DNA of 64,000 bases from Bacteroidota bacterium (GCA_040901865.1 JBBDYD010000194.1:2761-66760), one strand, 5' to 3'; shown: positions 20,274 to 30,086, counted from the first letter of the stretch. Numbers and translations are program-made. The notes: generated by a model not told the origin, from the sequence alone.

Positions 20274-21605
20274 CTACACCGCTTCGGAAAGACTGCTGAA
20301 GTTGAAATCCCGCACTTTGAGAGCAGGGATCATCATAGTGGGAGTGGCGGATTCCCGGGGTGGAACGCGCTGGGATTGTGACATTGATTCCACATTTTGA
20401 AGAACTGCGGCGGGGCTTTCATTCCAACGGAAGTTCATGACCGGAAAAGCAATGACACCGTCCTCAATCCAAAAAACACCATCACGCGTGAGCCCAGTCA
20501 GCATGAGTGTTTGCGGATCGACAGAACGTATATACCAAAAGCTCGTCACCAGCAGTCCCTTCTTCGTGGATCGAATGAGATCTTGTAGCGAGCCTTTCCC
20601 TCCAGTCATCAGAGTATTGGGGGGAAAAGCCACCGGTGCCCTGCCTTGCTTCTTTGCCCAGTAGCGGGAAGTTCTGAGGTTTTTCACAATCCCTTGATCG
20701 ATCCATTCCACACGTTTCTGTGCAATTCCATCCTCTCCCCATGGCGAACCCGGCACTCTTCTGTCCGAAGGATCTGAAGCGAGGCTGATATTTTCCGGAA
20801 AAATCTTCTCTCCGAGTTTTGTTCCGCCTCCCTTGCGGGAAAAATAACTTCGTCCTTCGTCTGCATTGCGTGCGTCCATGGCAAACAGAAGGGATCGAAC
20901 CATGTCGGCGACACAGGAGGGTTCCAAAATGGTTGTGTATTTTCCGGGCTCTATTTTCCTGGGGTTTCTTGACTCGAGAGCTTTTGTGACGGCGATGGAT
21001 GCAACCTCCTTGAAATCAATGTCCCTGACGCTATTGGCCGCCCTTGAAACCCAGCCAGAACCTCCGCCGTCCGGGGTTCGAACGGTTTCCGACATGGAGG
21101 CAATTGTGGATCGATGATAGGCAAACAATCCGGCGGAATTTCCGAGCGATTCACTTTCGGCATCGATCCGGAGGAATCCGGCGGCCACGAGGCCCCGGTC
21201 ACGGGCACTGCGAATGCATTCTTCTGCCCCGGAAGCGAGAAAAGGAGATCCGGCCTCGGCTGTTTCGTCAACCCAGGCATTGCTGGTTGGGTATTGTTGC
21301 GGACCAAGGGCCGGCATGAATTCCGCATCCTCCGGCGCCAACCGTGCAAGTTCCTCGGCTGTTCGAACCATCGAGCGTAGTGACTCTTCATCCAGCTGGT
21401 TTGTCCGTGCGGAACCTGTGCGGGTTCCCAAAGTGCATTGAACCGTGACCACGGTATCTGTTGTTCGTCCGCTGGTCGACGGCGTATTGCGGGCGAACCG
21501 GAGGTGCGTGGTTGTACCGGAGGAAATTGAAACCTCGGTTTCATCGGCTTTTGCGGATTTTAGAACCTTTGCAATAATGGCCTGTGATTCTTGTTGGGTA
21601 AGCAT
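20274..21605 (-). CDS. pmbA: PmbA/TldE-family metalloprotease subunit
   Basis: 443 aa in the TldD/PmbA family, adjacent to tldD. No signal peptide is seen. Confidence 0.88.
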   Translation of the reverse strand: MLTQQESQAIIAKVLKSAKADETEVSISSGTTTHLRFARNTPSTSGRTTDTVVTVQCTLGTRTGSARTNQLDEESLRSMVRTAEELARLAPEDAEFMPALGPQQYPTSNAWVDETAEAGSPFLASGAEECIRSARDRGLVAAGFLRIDAESESLGNSAGLFAYHRSTIASMSETVRTPDGGGSGWVSRAANSVRDIDFKEVASIAVTKALESRNPRKIEPGKYTTILEPSCVADMVRSLLFAMDARNADEGRSYFSRKGGGTKLGEKIFPENISLASDPSDRRVPGSPWGEDGIAQKRVEWIDQGIVKNLRTSRYWAKKQGRAPVAFPPNTLMTGGKGSLQDLIRSTKKGLLVTSFWYIRSVDPQTLMLTGLTRDGVFWIEDGVIAFPVMNFRWNESPAAVLQNVESMSQSQRVPPRESATPTMMIPALKVRDFNFSSLSEAV

Positions 21606-21612
21606 GGGGGTG

Positions 21613-23169
21613 TCAGGATTTGCCTGTATTGAGAATATTGATGTTGCGGAAGCGTGCGGGGGAGCATCCGTGGCTTACGGCATTTGATTGCCCGGGCTCG
21701 CCCTTGCCGTCGTTGAAGGACCCACCGAGCATGTATTCTTCGCTGCTGCAAATCGCGTCGCAAGAGTTCCAAAAGTCCGGTGTTCGCGCTTGGTACGCTA
21801 CATCCTTCAGCATACCGGTTATTCTGCCTTTTTTAACCTCGTAGTACGTTTGTCCACCGAATTGAAAATTATAGCGTTGATGGTCGATGCTGTAGCTGCC
21901 CCGGCCCTTGATCAAAATTGCATCCTCGGTGTCGGCGACAAGTTGTGAAAGAGTCAGAGGCTTCTTGCCCGGCTCAAGAGAGATATTGGGCATGCGTTGA
22001 AACGGAACGTCGGCCCAGCTTTGCGCATACGAACATCCGTACGATTCCTTGTGTCCGAGGATGTGGGCCTGTTCGCGCGTTGTCTGATAGTCCACAAACA
22101 CACCCCCTTTGATCAAATGCCACTCTTTTGAGGGAACCCCCTCATCGTCGTACCCGCATGTGGCCAGAGCCTTGGCTTGCGTCTTGTCTGCAACCAGATT
22201 GACAATGTCGCTTCCGAATTTGAAAGAACCGCGTTTGTCGGGGGTGAGAAAGCTGGTACCCGCGTAATTAGCTTCCATGCCGATCGCACGATCAAGTTCA
22301 GTCGGATGGCCGACAGATTCGTGAATCGTGAGCCAGAGATTTGAAGGGTGGAGAATGAGATCACGCGGGCCCGGCTGTACCGTTCGCGCTGAGTGTTTCT
22401 CAACGACATCTGCAGCCGCCTGGCGGATATCGTCTTCCCAGGGATATTGGTCAACGTACTCGTAACCCATCCCTTGCGGCTCCGAATATGAATTGCGGCT
22501 TTGGAACGAACCGCGCTCCCTGTCGACTGAAGTGACCGTGAATGATGGGTTGCAGCGGTAAAGCGTCTGCTCGATAAACGATCCGTCCGACGATGCAAAA
22601 TATTTGTGCTCTCTCACGAACGCCATGAATGATGTGCAAAAGCTTACTCCTTTTACGTTGAGAGCTTGCTCGTTGAGGTGGAGGAGGAATGCGGTTTTGT
22701 CGACCACCGGAACGAGAAAAGGGTCCTTCACATCAGGCGTGGCCCACGAGCCAATCATGGTTTTCACAGGGGCGAGTTGGACGGGCTCCTTCTGGAGGCG
22801 GGAATTTGCCAGGGCAATGGCAGCAGCTTGACGCGTAACCCTCTGGACTTCCTCCGCCGTGCGAATATTGCTGGCCGCAAAGCCCCAGGTTCCGTTTACG
22901 ATAACCCGAACGCCGAATCCCGAGGTTTCGGAATTTGAAATACCCGTAACTCTCCGTTCACGTGTTGAAACGGACTGGTTCCGGTAGTCGGCGATTCTAA
23001 TGTCGGCGTACGAGGCCTTCAGGGAAGCGGCTGTTGAAAGGGCGATTTCTGCCAGCCGGGAGACATCGGGTTCTTCCCGTGGGGCAAAGGGGGCGGGCAG
23101 AGGGAGCGAAGGAAGTAGAAGGAATGTACCGCTTGCAGCCGATGTTTTGAGGAATTCTCGTCGTCTCAT
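21613..23169 (-). CDS. tldD: TldD-family metalloprotease with twin-arginine signal
   Basis: 518 aa. The N-terminus MRRREFLKTSAASGTFLLL is a Tat motif (RRxFLK). HESVGHPTE is the TldD HExxxH metal site. Confidence 0.9.
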   Translation of the reverse strand: MRRREFLKTSAASGTFLLLPSLPLPAPFAPREEPDVSRLAEIALSTAASLKASYADIRIADYRNQSVSTRERRVTGISNSETSGFGVRVIVNGTWGFAASNIRTAEEVQRVTRQAAAIALANSRLQKEPVQLAPVKTMIGSWATPDVKDPFLVPVVDKTAFLLHLNEQALNVKGVSFCTSFMAFVREHKYFASSDGSFIEQTLYRCNPSFTVTSVDRERGSFQSRNSYSEPQGMGYEYVDQYPWEDDIRQAAADVVEKHSARTVQPGPRDLILHPSNLWLTIHESVGHPTELDRAIGMEANYAGTSFLTPDKRGSFKFGSDIVNLVADKTQAKALATCGYDDEGVPSKEWHLIKGGVFVDYQTTREQAHILGHKESYGCSYAQSWADVPFQRMPNISLEPGKKPLTLSQLVADTEDAILIKGRGSYSIDHQRYNFQFGGQTYYEVKKGRITGMLKDVAYQARTPDFWNSCDAICSSEEYMLGGSFNDGKGEPGQSNAVSHGCSPARFRNINILNTGKS

Positions 23170-23318
23170 AACGGCTCCTGATAAAGTGGGGCAAGCTACA
23201 GAAATCAGCTTAGAAAGTCAATGAACCCGGCGCTGAAAGCACCATGTTCAGTGCCGGGGGGCTTGTGTTTTATCTTGACAACTTCTACATTATACCCATC
23301 GGGTTGCCCGATCGGATT

Positions 23319-23735
23319 ATGCGCCACCGGACCTTCATACTCATCCTTTTCATCGTTTTCCCATCGATCCTTTCTGCCGAGGTATTCAAAGGAACCCCCA
23401 CGCGCGTTCAGGGTTCTAACATGACAATTCGTTGGGAGACCTCCGATGAGACGCCAGCGTCTGCCTTTGTTGTTGTTCGCCGGGAATTCCGTTCGGGTGG
23501 AATGGGGCCCTGGGAGGAAGTCGGAAGACTGGTCGCATCGCGGGCGAGTTCCGTTTACACGATGGAAGATGCCGGGGTCTTTAAGTCGGCAGACCGGATT
23601 CTGGAGTACGAAGTCCGGGCCGTTAATACAGAAGGCCGCGTGGTGGAATCGGTACGATTAACGACAATTCTTTCCACCAGCTTGACTTCCGCCGCGCGAA
23701 GAACCTGGGGAAGCATCAAAGCCATGTTCCGCTGA
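23319..23735 (+). CDS. Small secreted beta-sandwich-like protein, unknown function
   Basis: Signal peptide MRHRTFILILFIVFPSILSAEV. The C-terminus ends ...RRTWGSIKAMFR. The start is set to the internal ATG at 23319. Confidence 0.5.
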   Translation: MRHRTFILILFIVFPSILSAEVFKGTPTRVQGSNMTIRWETSDETPASAFVVVRREFRSGGMGPWEEVGRLVASRASSVYTMEDAGVFKSADRILEYEVRAVNTEGRVVESVRLTTILSTSLTSAARRTWGSIKAMFR

Positions 23736-23830
23736 CGAAGATACCTGGCGTGCGGAATAAACCTGAGCGATATGCAAATGTCGCTTTTTTTATGTACAGA
23801 CGTTGCCCGCCGAACTGAATTGGTGCACAA

Positions 23831-24412
23831 GTGAAACAACGGATCATCCTCGCGTCGCGTTCGCCACGCAGACAGTTGCTCTTAAGACAAATCGGCCTTA
23901 CATTTACTGCGCGTCCCAGTCGCATTGATGAAACCATTCGTCGCGGTCAAACGCCAGGTCAGAATGTTAAACGGATCGCGTTGGAAAAGGCACGGGATGT
24001 CGCCTCGCGAACGAAACTGGGAATTGTCGTCGGTGCAGATACGATCGTTGTTCTTGGAACAAGGATTCTGGGTAAACCAGGAAGCCGGGCCGAGGCCAGA
24101 CGGATGTTACGGAGTCTGAGCGGAAAAGCGCACTACGTTTACACCGGATTCAGCATCATCGATGCCAGTACCGGAAAAACTCACAGCGAGGTTGTCAGGA
24201 CCAAGGTGTGGTTCCGGCGACTGACAGGCAAGGAAATCGATCAATACGTTGCATCAGGGTCTCCGCTGGACAAAGCTGGAGCGTACGGGATCCAGGACGA
24301 CTTCGGCGCTGTCTTCGTGGAACGCATCAATGGGTGTTTCTACAATGTTGTGGGATTTCCCCTCGTGAGGTTCTACAGGGCTTTACGACGGTTTGGAAAG
24401 GACTTCCAATAA
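23831..24412 (+). CDS. maf: Maf-like nucleoside triphosphate pyrophosphatase
   Basis: 193 aa; [18 protein letters not shown] and KAGAYGIQ are Maf signatures. Confidence 0.93.
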   Translation: MKQRIILASRSPRRQLLLRQIGLTFTARPSRIDETIRRGQTPGQNVKRIALEKARDVASRTKLGIVVGADTIVVLGTRILGKPGSRAEARRMLRSLSGKAHYVYTGFSIIDASTGKTHSEVVRTKVWFRRLTGKEIDQYVASGSPLDKAGAYGIQDDFGAVFVERINGCFYNVVGFPLVRFYRALRRFGKDFQ

Positions 24413-24425
24413 ATCAGGAGTGTTC

Positions 24426-24848
24426 ATGTCACGGAAGATTCGGGTGTTGATTGCCAAAGCAGGTCTCGACGGCCACGATCGTGGAGCAAAAGTCGTTGCG
24501 GCGGCTTTGCGGGACGCGGGCATGGAAGTGATCTACACCGGACTACGTAAAACACCGGAGATGATCGTTGAGGCCGCTTTGCAGGAGGATGTGGATGTTA
24601 TAGGCATCAGTCTGCTGAGCGGAGCGCACATGACAATTTTTCCCAGAATTCTTTCCCTGATCAGGGAAAAAGGACTGGAAGACGTTCTGGTGTTCGGCGG
24701 CGGCATTATTCCTGACAAGGACATCACGGAATTGAAGAAACAGGGTGCCGGGGAGCTCTTTACACCGGGTGCCTCCACGTTGGAAATTGTTAAATATGTC
24801 AAGACGTGGGCGCAGAATCACAGAAAGGGAGTAGGGGCTTCAGCGTAG
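24426..24848 (+). CDS. Methylmalonyl-CoA mutase, small B12-binding subunit
   Basis: [23 protein letters not shown] carries the DxHxxG cobalamin-binding motif, and GGGIIP is also present. The start is set to the ATG at 24426. Confidence 0.93.
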   Translation: MSRKIRVLIAKAGLDGHDRGAKVVAAALRDAGMEVIYTGLRKTPEMIVEAALQEDVDVIGISLLSGAHMTIFPRILSLIREKGLEDVLVFGGGIIPDKDITELKKQGAGELFTPGASTLEIVKYVKTWAQNHRKGVGASA

Positions 24849-24854
24849 ATATGT

Positions 24855-24908
24855 CAAAAAAAAATCCCGCCTGAGTTTGTCACCGGGCGGGATTTCTTGC
24901 TTTTTTGG
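24855..24908. terminator. Bidirectional rho-independent terminator between mutase subunit and cspA
   Basis: A 10-bp stem pairs aaatcccgcc (24862-24871) with ggcgggattt (24886-24895). It is flanked by an A-run upstream and a T-rich tract downstream, so it serves convergent genes. Confidence 0.75.
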
Positions 24909-24916
24909 GGGCAGAA

Positions 24917-25117
24917 TCAGACTTTTGAGACCTTCACGGCCTGCAAGCCCTTGGGACCTTGTTCAACTTCGAACTGCACATTGTCGCCTTCATTGAGGGT
25001 TTTGTATCCGTCACCCACAATCGACTTGTAGTGCACGAACACGTCTTCACCCGTTGACCGCTTGATGAAGCCGTAGCCCTTCGCATTGTTGAACCATTTG
25101 ACGGTACCCTGTTCCAT
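24917..25117 (-). CDS. cspA: Cold-shock protein (CspA family)
   Basis: 66 aa; [15 protein letters not shown] (RNP1) and VFVHY (RNP2). Confidence 0.97.
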   Translation of the reverse strand: MEQGTVKWFNNAKGYGFIKRSTGEDVFVHYKSIVGDGYKTLNEGDNVQFEVEQGPKGLQAVKVSKV

Positions 25118-25282
25118 AAGGATACTTCCCTTATTGGTTGGACATGTACACCGGCTCTTTGTCTCTCAGAACCAGGCGTCGAACGACGCCTTCATTGTTC
25201 AGCGAGGTACACGGCCCCTTGGGCTGCCTGAAGGATTCTCTCGCACTCCCTGAGGTTGGTACTGGCAAAACAACTCTTGATG

Positions 25283-25313
25283 AAACAAAAACGGTGCGTT
25301 GAATTGCAGCCGT
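25283..25313 (-). terminator. Weak terminator-like hairpin downstream of polB
   Basis: On the minus strand the acggctgc...gcaccgt hairpin is followed by tttttgttt. The stem is short and imperfect. Confidence 0.35.
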
Positions 25314-25365
25314 AGTATACAACTCGACCCATAGAAAAGCAAGCGACCCCCGCCTCACCCGGGCA

Positions 25366-27732
25366 TCAACCCTCTCCAAGCCAGATTCTGAATTCTGCCC
25401 TTTCCTGCTCATCCAATGGGGAGGGAGCATCTGTCTCGGAAGCGACCTTCCTTTGGACGGTCCGGATCTTGGCGGCATCAAAGCCGAATAGATCCGCGAC
25501 CGCAAATATCGAACGAAAGTCCTCCGGCATAAAAAACGCCTCAAACTTTGTTGTTGCCTCGTTCAATCGGGCAAGGTAATACTGGGTGTTCTCATCCGGG
25601 AAATTCGGATCCCACTCCTCAGCGAGCTTGCAGTTGTCCGAGATTTTGACCGCCCCCGAACTGCCTGTGACATAGTAGGAAACCTTGTCGCCGGGCTTGA
25701 TGATTCGTCCTGCCTGTCGGGCGACTTCATAGGCGGCGGCCGGATTGCGTTTTCCTTCCCCCACGTCACGTTCATAGACGGCGAATGAATCGTGTATTGT
25801 TTCCGTCCGGCAGAAATCCGCGGCCTCCCAATGGTGCGTTAACAAATCGTTATGGATCGACCCATAGAGAGAATGGAGATCCTCGATATTTCCGTCAATG
25901 AGATTTGAAATCGCGAGTCGTACAAATCGTCTCAGAAATCGTTCAGTACTTCGGGAAATCAGCGAACTTCCCTTGATGGTCAGCGATTCGTCAGATTCAA
26001 GAAGTGCATAGTTTTTCTTCTTGTAGCTCAACATTTTCCGGAATCGGCCCGAGGAAACAAGGTTGATCCCCTGCGGCAGGGAACGGGAAATCCGATCGAT
26101 GAGCGAATGAATTTCGTCGTCGGTGGAAACGTTGTTGGGCGGAATGAAAAATACACCGTCGGTATCGACTTCCAGAACGGTCCCATTGTGGAGTTCGATT
26201 TGCTGGACGATGCGCCGAAGGAGCTCCTGTCCGGTCTTTGTGATCTCATCGGCCTTTCGATAATCGTTGAAAAGCCCGCGGGCGTATCCCAGATATCCGT
26301 AAAAAGAATTGATAAGAATCTTGAAGGAGGACTGCAACGCGTCATGCCGGGCACGCACATTGCTTTCCTTGCTCTCTTTCATCCGTCGTTTTGCTTCAAG
26401 CCGCATTGTCACGAGATCTTTCAATAGAAGGGGGAAGATCCCAATCTGGTCCGTCACCGGTGCGATGTGTTTCTCCAGGATAATGGAGGGGTAGAGGGAT
26501 TCGACGTCGGCAAGCACAACATCCTCGAAAATCCCTGTCATGTACAAATCAGCATACCCCCCGCTCGTTTGCGAACCACGCTCAGGACGGGGAAGGGAAT
26601 GCTTCTGGCGAAGATATTCACGAATGAGAAGAGATTCGATTTTGACCGCGGATCCGGTTCTCGCAACGGTTCCATACGATAGCGGAACCATCTGCGTAAG
26701 GTAGAAACTGCTCGGTGACAGGTTCTCCGAAAGAAGGCGAACATCCCTTACATTCTGGCACAGGAACGCCAGGACTCGTTGCGGATCATCGTGCCAGACA
26801 GTGGGGATGTCCTGAAGTGGCAGGACGATCCGGGATTCTTGAGAAGGAGAAAAATGTGCGGCGAGACTTTGCAGGTCCAGATATTCGAGGGACCTTCGCG
26901 AAAAGTCATAGTCCTCTGCGAGGAAGAGAGTGTCGACAGCATGTCTTCCCGCGATCTCGAAGAGTGAAGATTCCTGATCGGCCTCTTGCCCACCGCCCCT
27001 GGTTTGGAGCAATTTGGGCTCACTAGTATCTCTTCCGAGCGTAAACGGGATTTCGTTGAGGGCAGTCCGTTGAATGAGATAGGGCAGATCGTGGCCAAAG
27101 AGATTATGGCCTTCCAGCACGTCCGGATCGCGTTCCTTGATGATTTCCACCAGGCGTTGGAGGAGAGAGGGTTCGTCCAGTTTTCGTCCGTCCAAGATTT
27201 CCTCCCATCCGGTTGAATCGGAGAGCCCGATTGCCAGAACCCTGTCCTCCGTCTTCCGCGGGTCGCTTCTGTGTCCGCGTGTGGCATGACCGATAAAGCT
27301 GATTTGCATCCTCAGAAGATCGCCGAACTCGAGCCCTTTGAACAAAGTTACACCGGACTGCATGAGGTACTGAGTGACCGGATCGGGCCGGAAATGCAGG
27401 ACGGGGGCGTCAGCATAGCCTTCGACACGTCCGCCTGCTGTCCTGCGGTAACGATCGATCACAACGCGGACGCCCTCCCAAGCGTCGGTCCAGCGCGTGA
27501 AGACAGCAAGGGTGTTATAAAAATTGGACCCGGCGAGGTCTTTCAACCAATGCTTCCTGTCGAATCCGCTGAGGAGGGTTTTGTCCGATAGAAAAAAAAA
27601 CGGGAAGAATTCCACATCTTGATGTGAAATCTTCCCATCCTGTCTCTTGTACAGACGAATATGCGAATCGTTCAGCTGGTGGGCGGCAACGATGAACTCG
27701 GCCGGATCATGTCCGTGCAAAAGTACATTCAT
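25366..27732 (-). CDS. polB: Family B DNA polymerase (Pol II-like)
   Basis: 788 aa. Motif A is DVESLYPSII, motif B is KILINSFYGYLGY and motif C is LEVDTDGVFF. Exo II is recognisable (GHNLFGHDLPYL), but the expected Exo I DxE is not. Confidence 0.93.
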   Translation of the reverse strand: MNVLLHGHDPAEFIVAAHQLNDSHIRLYKRQDGKISHQDVEFFPFFFLSDKTLLSGFDRKHWLKDLAGSNFYNTLAVFTRWTDAWEGVRVVIDRYRRTAGGRVEGYADAPVLHFRPDPVTQYLMQSGVTLFKGLEFGDLLRMQISFIGHATRGHRSDPRKTEDRVLAIGLSDSTGWEEILDGRKLDEPSLLQRLVEIIKERDPDVLEGHNLFGHDLPYLIQRTALNEIPFTLGRDTSEPKLLQTRGGGQEADQESSLFEIAGRHAVDTLFLAEDYDFSRRSLEYLDLQSLAAHFSPSQESRIVLPLQDIPTVWHDDPQRVLAFLCQNVRDVRLLSENLSPSSFYLTQMVPLSYGTVARTGSAVKIESLLIREYLRQKHSLPRPERGSQTSGGYADLYMTGIFEDVVLADVESLYPSIILEKHIAPVTDQIGIFPLLLKDLVTMRLEAKRRMKESKESNVRARHDALQSSFKILINSFYGYLGYARGLFNDYRKADEITKTGQELLRRIVQQIELHNGTVLEVDTDGVFFIPPNNVSTDDEIHSLIDRISRSLPQGINLVSSGRFRKMLSYKKKNYALLESDESLTIKGSSLISRSTERFLRRFVRLAISNLIDGNIEDLHSLYGSIHNDLLTHHWEAADFCRTETIHDSFAVYERDVGEGKRNPAAAYEVARQAGRIIKPGDKVSYYVTGSSGAVKISDNCKLAEEWDPNFPDENTQYYLARLNEATTKFEAFFMPEDFRSIFAVADLFGFDAAKIRTVQRKVASETDAPSPLDEQERAEFRIWLGEG

Positions 27733-27741
27733 GCCTGAGCG

Positions 27742-28533
27742 TTACTTTTTCCCCTTAGTCGTCGGGTTCATGAACGGCTTGAGGATATCGATCGGAACGG
27801 GGAAAATAGTGGTTGAATTGTTCTCCGTTGCAATTTCCGCAAGGGTCTGCAAATAGCGCAACGTCAAAGCGCTGGGATGTTTGCTCAGAATCTCTGCCGC
27901 CTCGGAGAGCTTCTGAGCCGCCTGGAATTCTCCCTCGGCCGCAATCACTTTTGACCGTCGCTCCCGCTCGGCTTCCGCCTGCTTGGCCATGGCCCTCTGC
28001 ATTTCCTGAGGCAGATCTATGTGCTTCACCTCAACATTTGACACCTTGATTCCCCAAGGCTCCGTTTGGTGATCGATAATACGCTGAAGCTGAAGGTTAA
28101 TCTTATCGCGTTCGGCCAGGAGATCATCGAGTTCAGACTGACCAAGAACACTGCGGAGGGTGGTCTGCGACAACTGGGAAGTTGCGAACAAATAATTCTC
28201 CACTTCGACAATGGCCTTTTCGGGGTTCAACACACGGAAATAGATGACCGCATTGACTTTCAGAGAGACGTTATCTTTTGTAATGACGTCTTGGGGTGGA
28301 ACGTCCATGACGATCGTTCTCAGGCTGACGGTGACCATCCGGTCGATGAAGGGAATGAGGATAATGAGACCGGGTCCGTTTCCCTGTCCGCCAAGGTTTA
28401 GGAATGCCCGTGCAATACGGCCGAAACGGAAAATCACTCCGCGTTCGTATTCGCGGAGAATGCGGACGGAACTGAAGAGTACGAGGAAGAGCGCAATGGC
28501 GGCAATTATAAATATGATGGGAATATTTTGCAT
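27742..28533 (-). CDS. SPFH/band-7 (stomatin-like) protein
   Basis: 263 aa with an N-terminal TM helix, an SPFH body ([30 protein letters not shown]) and a coiled-coil tail. Confidence 0.93.
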   Translation of the reverse strand: MQNIPIIFIIAAIALFLVLFSSVRILREYERGVIFRFGRIARAFLNLGGQGNGPGLIILIPFIDRMVTVSLRTIVMDVPPQDVITKDNVSLKVNAVIYFRVLNPEKAIVEVENYLFATSQLSQTTLRSVLGQSELDDLLAERDKINLQLQRIIDHQTEPWGIKVSNVEVKHIDLPQEMQRAMAKQAEAERERRSKVIAAEGEFQAAQKLSEAAEILSKHPSALTLRYLQTLAEIATENNSTTIFPVPIDILKPFMNPTTKGKK

Positions 28534-28545
28534 AGAGTGTCTCCT

Positions 28546-29853
28546 TTATCGTGATTCTGGGGGACGTTCAACAACGAGTGTGAGGTTTTCAACGCGAAGT
28601 ACACGGACGCGAGTTCCGGTCGGAATCCGATCGCCCGACGTCCGGGCATTCCAGATCTCTCCGTGGATCCGCACCCGGCCGTCAGTGGAGACGGCACTCA
28701 TGGTCTCACCGATTTCGCCGACCATTCCTTCCGCTCCGCTTATGGGCTTTTGCCGAAGCGTTCGAACACCGAATCCGATGACAAACGTGAAAAAAACGAG
28801 AGTGAGAGCGACAACAGAGATGATCACCGACCACGACAGCTCGAGGAACTCCAGCGCTGATTCCGACCGGATAAGCATCATGGAGCCGAGGAGGAGCGAA
28901 ATAACTCCGCCCACGGAGAGCATCCCGTAACTGGTGATCTTGATCTCGGCGATGAAGAGAATGATGGCAAAAAGTATGAGCGCCAAACCTGCATAATTGA
29001 TGGGGAGGGTATGCAGCGAATAGAAGGCAAGGATGAGACTGATAACTCCGACGACGCCTGGGAGGATCGACCCTGGGTTGTAGAGCTCGAAGAGGAGCCC
29101 ATACACGCCGAGCATGAACAGGATGTAGGCGATGTTTGGGTCGCTCAGAATGTCCAGAATACGCTCGGTCCATTCCATGGATTTCGTTTCTATCCGTGCG
29201 TTTCGGGTTGTGAGGGTTTTGGGGCCGTTCGGGAGATCTACCACACGCCCATCTATGGCGGCCAACAGTTCTCCCATGTCCTTGGCGACCAAATCGACCA
29301 CGCGGATCTTAACGGCTTCGGTTTCCGTTATTGAAAGACTTTTTCGGACGGCCTCCTCAGCCCATTCGAGATTTCTCCGCCTCTTTTCCGCAATGGTTCG
29401 GATAAATGCTGCGGCGTCATTGGTCGCTTTCTCCATCATGATGGAATCCTGTTCGCCCTGAAGCGTTACCGGGTGCGCTGCTCCGATATTTGTCCCCGGG
29501 GCCATGGCTGCAACATGGCCTGCCATTGTAATAAACACTCCGGCCGAAGCAGCTTGTGATCCTCCGGGGGCAACGTAGACAATGACAGGGATTTCGGCGG
29601 CTAGGAAATCACTCACAATCACCCGAGTGGATTTGAGGAGTCCTCCGGGTGTATTCAGCCTCAATACAAGGCATTCTGCGCCTGCCTCGGTTGCCTGCGC
29701 AATCGTGCGATGGATATAATCGGCTGAAGCGGGATTGATTGCGCCGTCAAGGGTTGCCTGGTAGACAACCTGGGAAACAGCCGGCGAAGAGCAGAGGGCG
29801 AGGGTCCCTGCTAGCAGGATTCCGGCGAAGAGGGATGAAGTGTGTGTGATCAT
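28546..29853 (-). CDS. NfeD-family membrane-bound serine protease
   Basis: 435 aa with a ClpP-like N-terminal domain, a central TM bundle and a C-terminal NfeD OB domain. It forms the usual operon pair with the SPFH gene. Confidence 0.9.
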   Translation of the reverse strand: MITHTSSLFAGILLAGTLALCSSPAVSQVVYQATLDGAINPASADYIHRTIAQATEAGAECLVLRLNTPGGLLKSTRVIVSDFLAAEIPVIVYVAPGGSQAASAGVFITMAGHVAAMAPGTNIGAAHPVTLQGEQDSIMMEKATNDAAAFIRTIAEKRRRNLEWAEEAVRKSLSITETEAVKIRVVDLVAKDMGELLAAIDGRVVDLPNGPKTLTTRNARIETKSMEWTERILDILSDPNIAYILFMLGVYGLLFELYNPGSILPGVVGVISLILAFYSLHTLPINYAGLALILFAIILFIAEIKITSYGMLSVGGVISLLLGSMMLIRSESALEFLELSWSVIISVVALTLVFFTFVIGFGVRTLRQKPISGAEGMVGEIGETMSAVSTDGRVRIHGEIWNARTSGDRIPTGTRVRVLRVENLTLVVERPPESR

Positions 29854-29892
29854 AAGGAAAGCGGATTGTCTGAGAGAATCCGCCCCGATGGT

Positions 29893-29978
29893 GGAGAGAA
29901 GAGGATTCCCCGTTTCACAAATAAATCGAAGAAGTAGTCCCTTATCGGATCAACCTCTGGGCGGGAGAACCCACGGTA
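29893..29978 (-). pseudogene. Decayed tRNA-Ser T-arm fragment with T-loop hairpin insertion (copy A0)
   Basis: ggagagaagaggattc (29893-29908) resembles the tRNA 3' acceptor/T-stem ggagagggtgggattc. A 58-nt insert follows (29909-29966), ending tccctt...ggga and homologous to the A' insert. Then comes gaacccacggta (29967-29978), identical to the tRNA. Confidence 0.55.
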
Positions 29979-30020
29979 ACTCATAGACTTTAGCCACTGA
30001 AAATGCTTAAAACTCTTTCA

Positions 30021-30086
<66 letters not shown>

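Noticed and set aside
27742-29853. SPFH/NfeD pair next to PolB as a possible defence module.
   Set aside because: The stomatin-NfeD operon is a widespread housekeeping pair. Nothing in the sequence links it functionally to polB, and no nuclease, ATPase or sensor partners are present.
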